NCBI GenBank assembly: GCA_038087875.1
Contig: CM075996.1
Location: 10,542,001-10,606,000 of the forward strand
Reading direction: 5' to 3'
DNA: 64,000 nt
Source of the DNA: Malacoraja senta
Lineage: Eukaryota
Made by a program: the position numbers and the translations under genes. The notes beneath the pieces were generated by a model. It was not told the origin of the DNA. It searched no databases and saw only the letters and a list, made by a program, of their open reading frames with translations. This document shows positions 60,495-64,000 of the stretch, one piece after another; position 1 is the stretch's first letter; each line of letters opens with the position of its first letter.

Positions 60495-62973
60495 ATTTCA
60501 ATATGCAGGTAGACTGGGAAAATCAGGTTGGTTCAGGACCCCAAGAAAGAGTTTGTAGAACGCCTCCGAGATGGATTCTTAGAGCAGCTTGTAATGGAGC
60601 CGACCAGAGAAAAGGCAATTCTGGATTTAGTGTTGTCCAATGAACAAGATATGATAAGAGAACTCGAGATAAAGGAACCGCTTTGAGGTAGTGATCATAA
60701 TATGATTACTTTTAATCTGCAATTTGAGGAGAACGTTAAATCGGAAGTGTCAGTGATGCAGTTGAACAAAGGGGACTATGAAGGCATGAGTGGGGAGCTG
60801 GCCAAGGTAGACTGGAAATGGATCCTAGAAGGAATGACGGTGGAACAGCAATGGCCGGAATTTCTGGGCATAATCCGGAAGACGCAGGATCATTTCATTC
60901 CAAAAAGGAAGAAAGATTCTAAGGGGTGTTGGAGGCAACCATGGCTGACAAGAGAAGTTAGGGATAGAATAAAACTAAAAGAAAAAATGTATAACACAGC
61001 AAAGAGTAGCCGGAAGCCAGAGGATTGGGAAACTTTCATAGGACAACAGAAGGAAACAAAACGGGCAATACGGGCTGAAAAGATGAATTACGAAGGGAAG
61101 CTGGCCAGGAATATAAAGAAGGACAGTAAAAGCTTATTTAGTCATGTTAAGGGAAAAAGAGTAGCAAAGTCAAATGTGGGTCCCTTGAAGGCAGACACGG
61201 GTGAAATTATTCTGGGCAACAAGGAAATGGCACAAGAGTTGAATAAGTACTTCGGATCTGTCTTCACTAAGGAAGACACAAACAATCTCCCAGATGTACT
61301 GGAGGACAGAGGATCTAAGGGGGTAGAGGAACTGAAAGAAATTTTCATTAGGCGAGAAATAGTATTGGGTAGGCTAATGGGACTGAAGGATGATAAATCC
61401 CCTGGACCTGATGGTCTGCATCCCAGGTGCCTCAGGGAGGTGGCTCTAGAAATAGTGGACACATTGGTGATCATTTTCCAATGTTCAATAGATTCAGGAT
61501 CAGTTCCCGTGGATTGGAGGATAGCTAATGTTATCCCACATTTCAAGAAAGGAGCGAGAGAGAAAACAGGGAATTACAGACCAGTTAGCCCGACTTCGGT
61601 GGTGGGTATGATGATGGAGTCAATTATTAAAGAGGTAATAATGGGGCATTTGGATAGCAGTAAAAGGATTAGTCCGTCAACATGGATTTATGAAAGGGAA
61701 ATCATGCTTGACTAATCTTCTGGAATTTTTTGAGGATGTGACAAGTAAAATAGATGAAAGGGTGCCAGTGAATGTAGTGTATCTACTTTCAGAAAGCCTT
61801 TGATAAGGTCCCACACGGGAGACTGGTGACTAAAATTAGAGCACATGGTATTGGGGGTAGGGTGTTGACATGGATAGAAAATTGGTTGGCATACCGGAAG
61901 CAAAGAGTAGGAGTGAACGGGTCCTTTTCAGAATGGCAGGCAGTGGCGAGTGGAGTACCGCAAGGCTCGGTGTTGGGGCCTCAACTATTTACTATATATT
62001 AATGATTTGGAAGAGGGAATTAGGAGCAACACTAGCAAGTTTGCGGATGACACAAAGCTGGGTGGCAGTGTGAACTGTGAAGAGGATGTTAGGAGGTTGC
62101 AGGGTGACCTGGACATGTTGAGTGAGTGGGAAGATGCATGGCAGATGCAGTATAATATAGATAAATGTGAGGTTATCCACTTTGGAGGCAAAAACAAGGG
62201 GGCAGATTATTATCGCAAAGGGGTTAGTTTAGGTAAGGGGGAGGTGCAGCGAGACCTGGGCGTCCTTGTACACCGGCCATTGAAAGTTGGCTTACAGGTG
62301 CAGCAGGCAGTGAAGAAAGCTAATGGAATGTTGGCCTTCATAACAAGAGGATTTCAGTATAGGAGTAAAGAGGTTCTTCTGCAGTTGTATAGGGCTCTGG
62401 TGAGACCACATCTGGAGTATTGTGTACAGTTTTGGTCTCCTAATTTGAGAAAGGACATCCTTGTGATTGAGGCAGTGCAGCGTAGGTTCACGAGATTGAT
62501 CCCTGGGATGGCGGGACTGTCATATGAGGAAAGATTGAAAAGACTAGGCTTATTTTTCACTGGAGTTTAGATGGATGAGGGGATATCTTATAGAAACATG
62601 TAAAATTATAAAAGGACTGGACAAGCTAGACGCAGGAAAAATGTTCCCAATGTTGGGCGAGTCCAGAACCAGGGGCCACAGTCTTAGAATAAAGGGGAGG
62701 TCATTTAAGAATGAGGTGAGAAAAAACTTTTTCACCCAGAGAGTTGTGAATTTATGGAATTCCCTGCCACAGAAGGCAGTGGAGGCCAAGTCACTGGATG
62801 GATTTAAGAGATAGTTAGATAGAGCTTTAGGGGCTAGTGGAGTCAAGGGATATGGGGAGAAGGCAGGCACAGGTTATTGATAGGGGACGATCAGCCATGA
62901 TCACAATGAATGGCGGTGCTGGGTCGAAGGGCTGAATGGCCTCCTCCTGCACCTATTTTCTATGTTTCTATGT
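60495..62973 (+). mobile_element. CR1 LINE ~2.5 kb (APE C-terminus, RT, tail), frameshifted
   Basis: ORFs 60702-61715, 61950-62570 and 62575-62814. Confidence 0.92.
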
Positions 62974-63026
62974 CTGCTGATCACCACAATGCTGTGTGCG
63001 AGCTTGGCCACGGTCCACCACGTTAC

Positions 63027-63486
63027 ACTGCATTTAAAAAGCGTCCTCGGTGCCACACAGCTACGGAAATCTAAAGGAGATCCTATTCTTTCATCACCCC
63101 AGTGACCCTGGAACACAAACCAGGCCTCCCTTTTCATGTGTTACAACATGACTTCAGTCGGGATCGAGTAACCGAGCATTGACAGTCAGTCGTCTCTTGA
63201 CTCTGTGGTCCTCTCGGCAACTCACCACTCATCTCTGTGAGTGACCCAATCAGGCTGAGGGAACACACTGGAGTACCAAGCTGGAACCCTCCGCACTGAC
63301 TGTGATCCTAGGCTGCACGAACAACAAAGCACTGGGGACCAGGCCTTCTGCAAACCCTGGGAGTTTAAGGAGGGAGCAGCGGGCTCTACCTCACCAATGG
63401 GTCCAGTATCAGCAGGGCACTGGTTGACTGGAGCAGAGTTTTGGGGCCATGGACCACAGAAGAGGGAAGATTAGTAATGCAGGTAC
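63027..63486 (-). CDS. Three tentative further upstream SUN exons (63486-63395, 63307-63226, 63070-63027)
   Basis: Non-repetitive DNA with AG/GT pairs that chain in phase (TCITNLPSSVVHGPKTLLQSTSALLILDPL / DHSQCGGFQLGTPVCSLSLIGSLTEMS / DFRSCVAPRTLFKCS) into the 59882 exon; no recognisable protein homology. Confidence 0.45.
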
Positions 63487-64000
63487 CTGGAGACAGCAGC
63501 GAGATCCAGCCCCACAGCTTGGCAAGGGGAGAGAACGATTCAGAGTACGCCAAACCTGGGGGATGGGAAAGAACAGCAAGATGTCAACAACGCAAACTTC
63601 TCTCTCAAAGTTTACTATGTTCAAAGGGCCACGTGGCCCAATGTTTGCGCTGCTGTTCACAAAAGCACCATGCAACTGATCGGCCCACGGCTCAACTGTT
63701 AGTGTGCGGGGATCGCTGATCAGTGCCGACTCGGTGGGCCGAAGGGCCTGTTTTCAAGCTGTATCTCTAAACTAAACTAAAGGAAGGATGTCAAAAGCCT
63801 AAGATAGACACAAAGTTCTGGAGTAACTCAGCGGGTCAGGCAGCATCTTTGTCTGAAAAAGGATGGGTGACGTTTTGGGTCGGGACCCTTCTTCAGACTT
63901 TAAGCCTAAGAATTGATTTAGACAGTTTCTAGAATTACAGTAAAGAGTAATTTAGAAAAGTTCAGTCCTCACGGAACAGAGAAGCTAAAAGAGATAACCT

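Overview
Vertebrate genomic DNA, very probably from a cartilaginous fish (skate/ray-like). That call is inferred from the repeat landscape: HE1/V-SINE-type tRNA SINEs, dense CR1 LINEs and Penelope-type repeats. Well over half of the window is transposon-derived and most listed ORFs are LINE fragments or noise. Host content: (1) a spliced minus-strand SUN-domain (LINC complex) gene most like SUN2. I traced 14 phase-consistent GT-AG exons from 59882 down to the stop at 23106 (537 aa plus stop), plus 3 tentative upstream exons to 63486; no start codon was identified. (2) A structurally intact U2 snRNA at 9462-9651. Its proximal upstream sequence recurs about 3.55 kb downstream and there stops exactly at the U2 +1 position, joined to a SINE. 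(3) A 5'-truncated TIMM8B pseudogene abutting the poly(A) tail of a Tx1/L1 element. DNA transposons include three non-autonomous Helitrons (two head-to-head, forming a ~2.6 kb inverted repeat), a Harbinger-type MITE, a hAT-like element and an unclassified TIR element. Many Penelope-derived repeats carry a minimal hammerhead-ribozyme-like core. I found no convincing wholly new multi-gene system; the findings are local oddities. All coordinates were read by eye; repeat boundaries are approximate.
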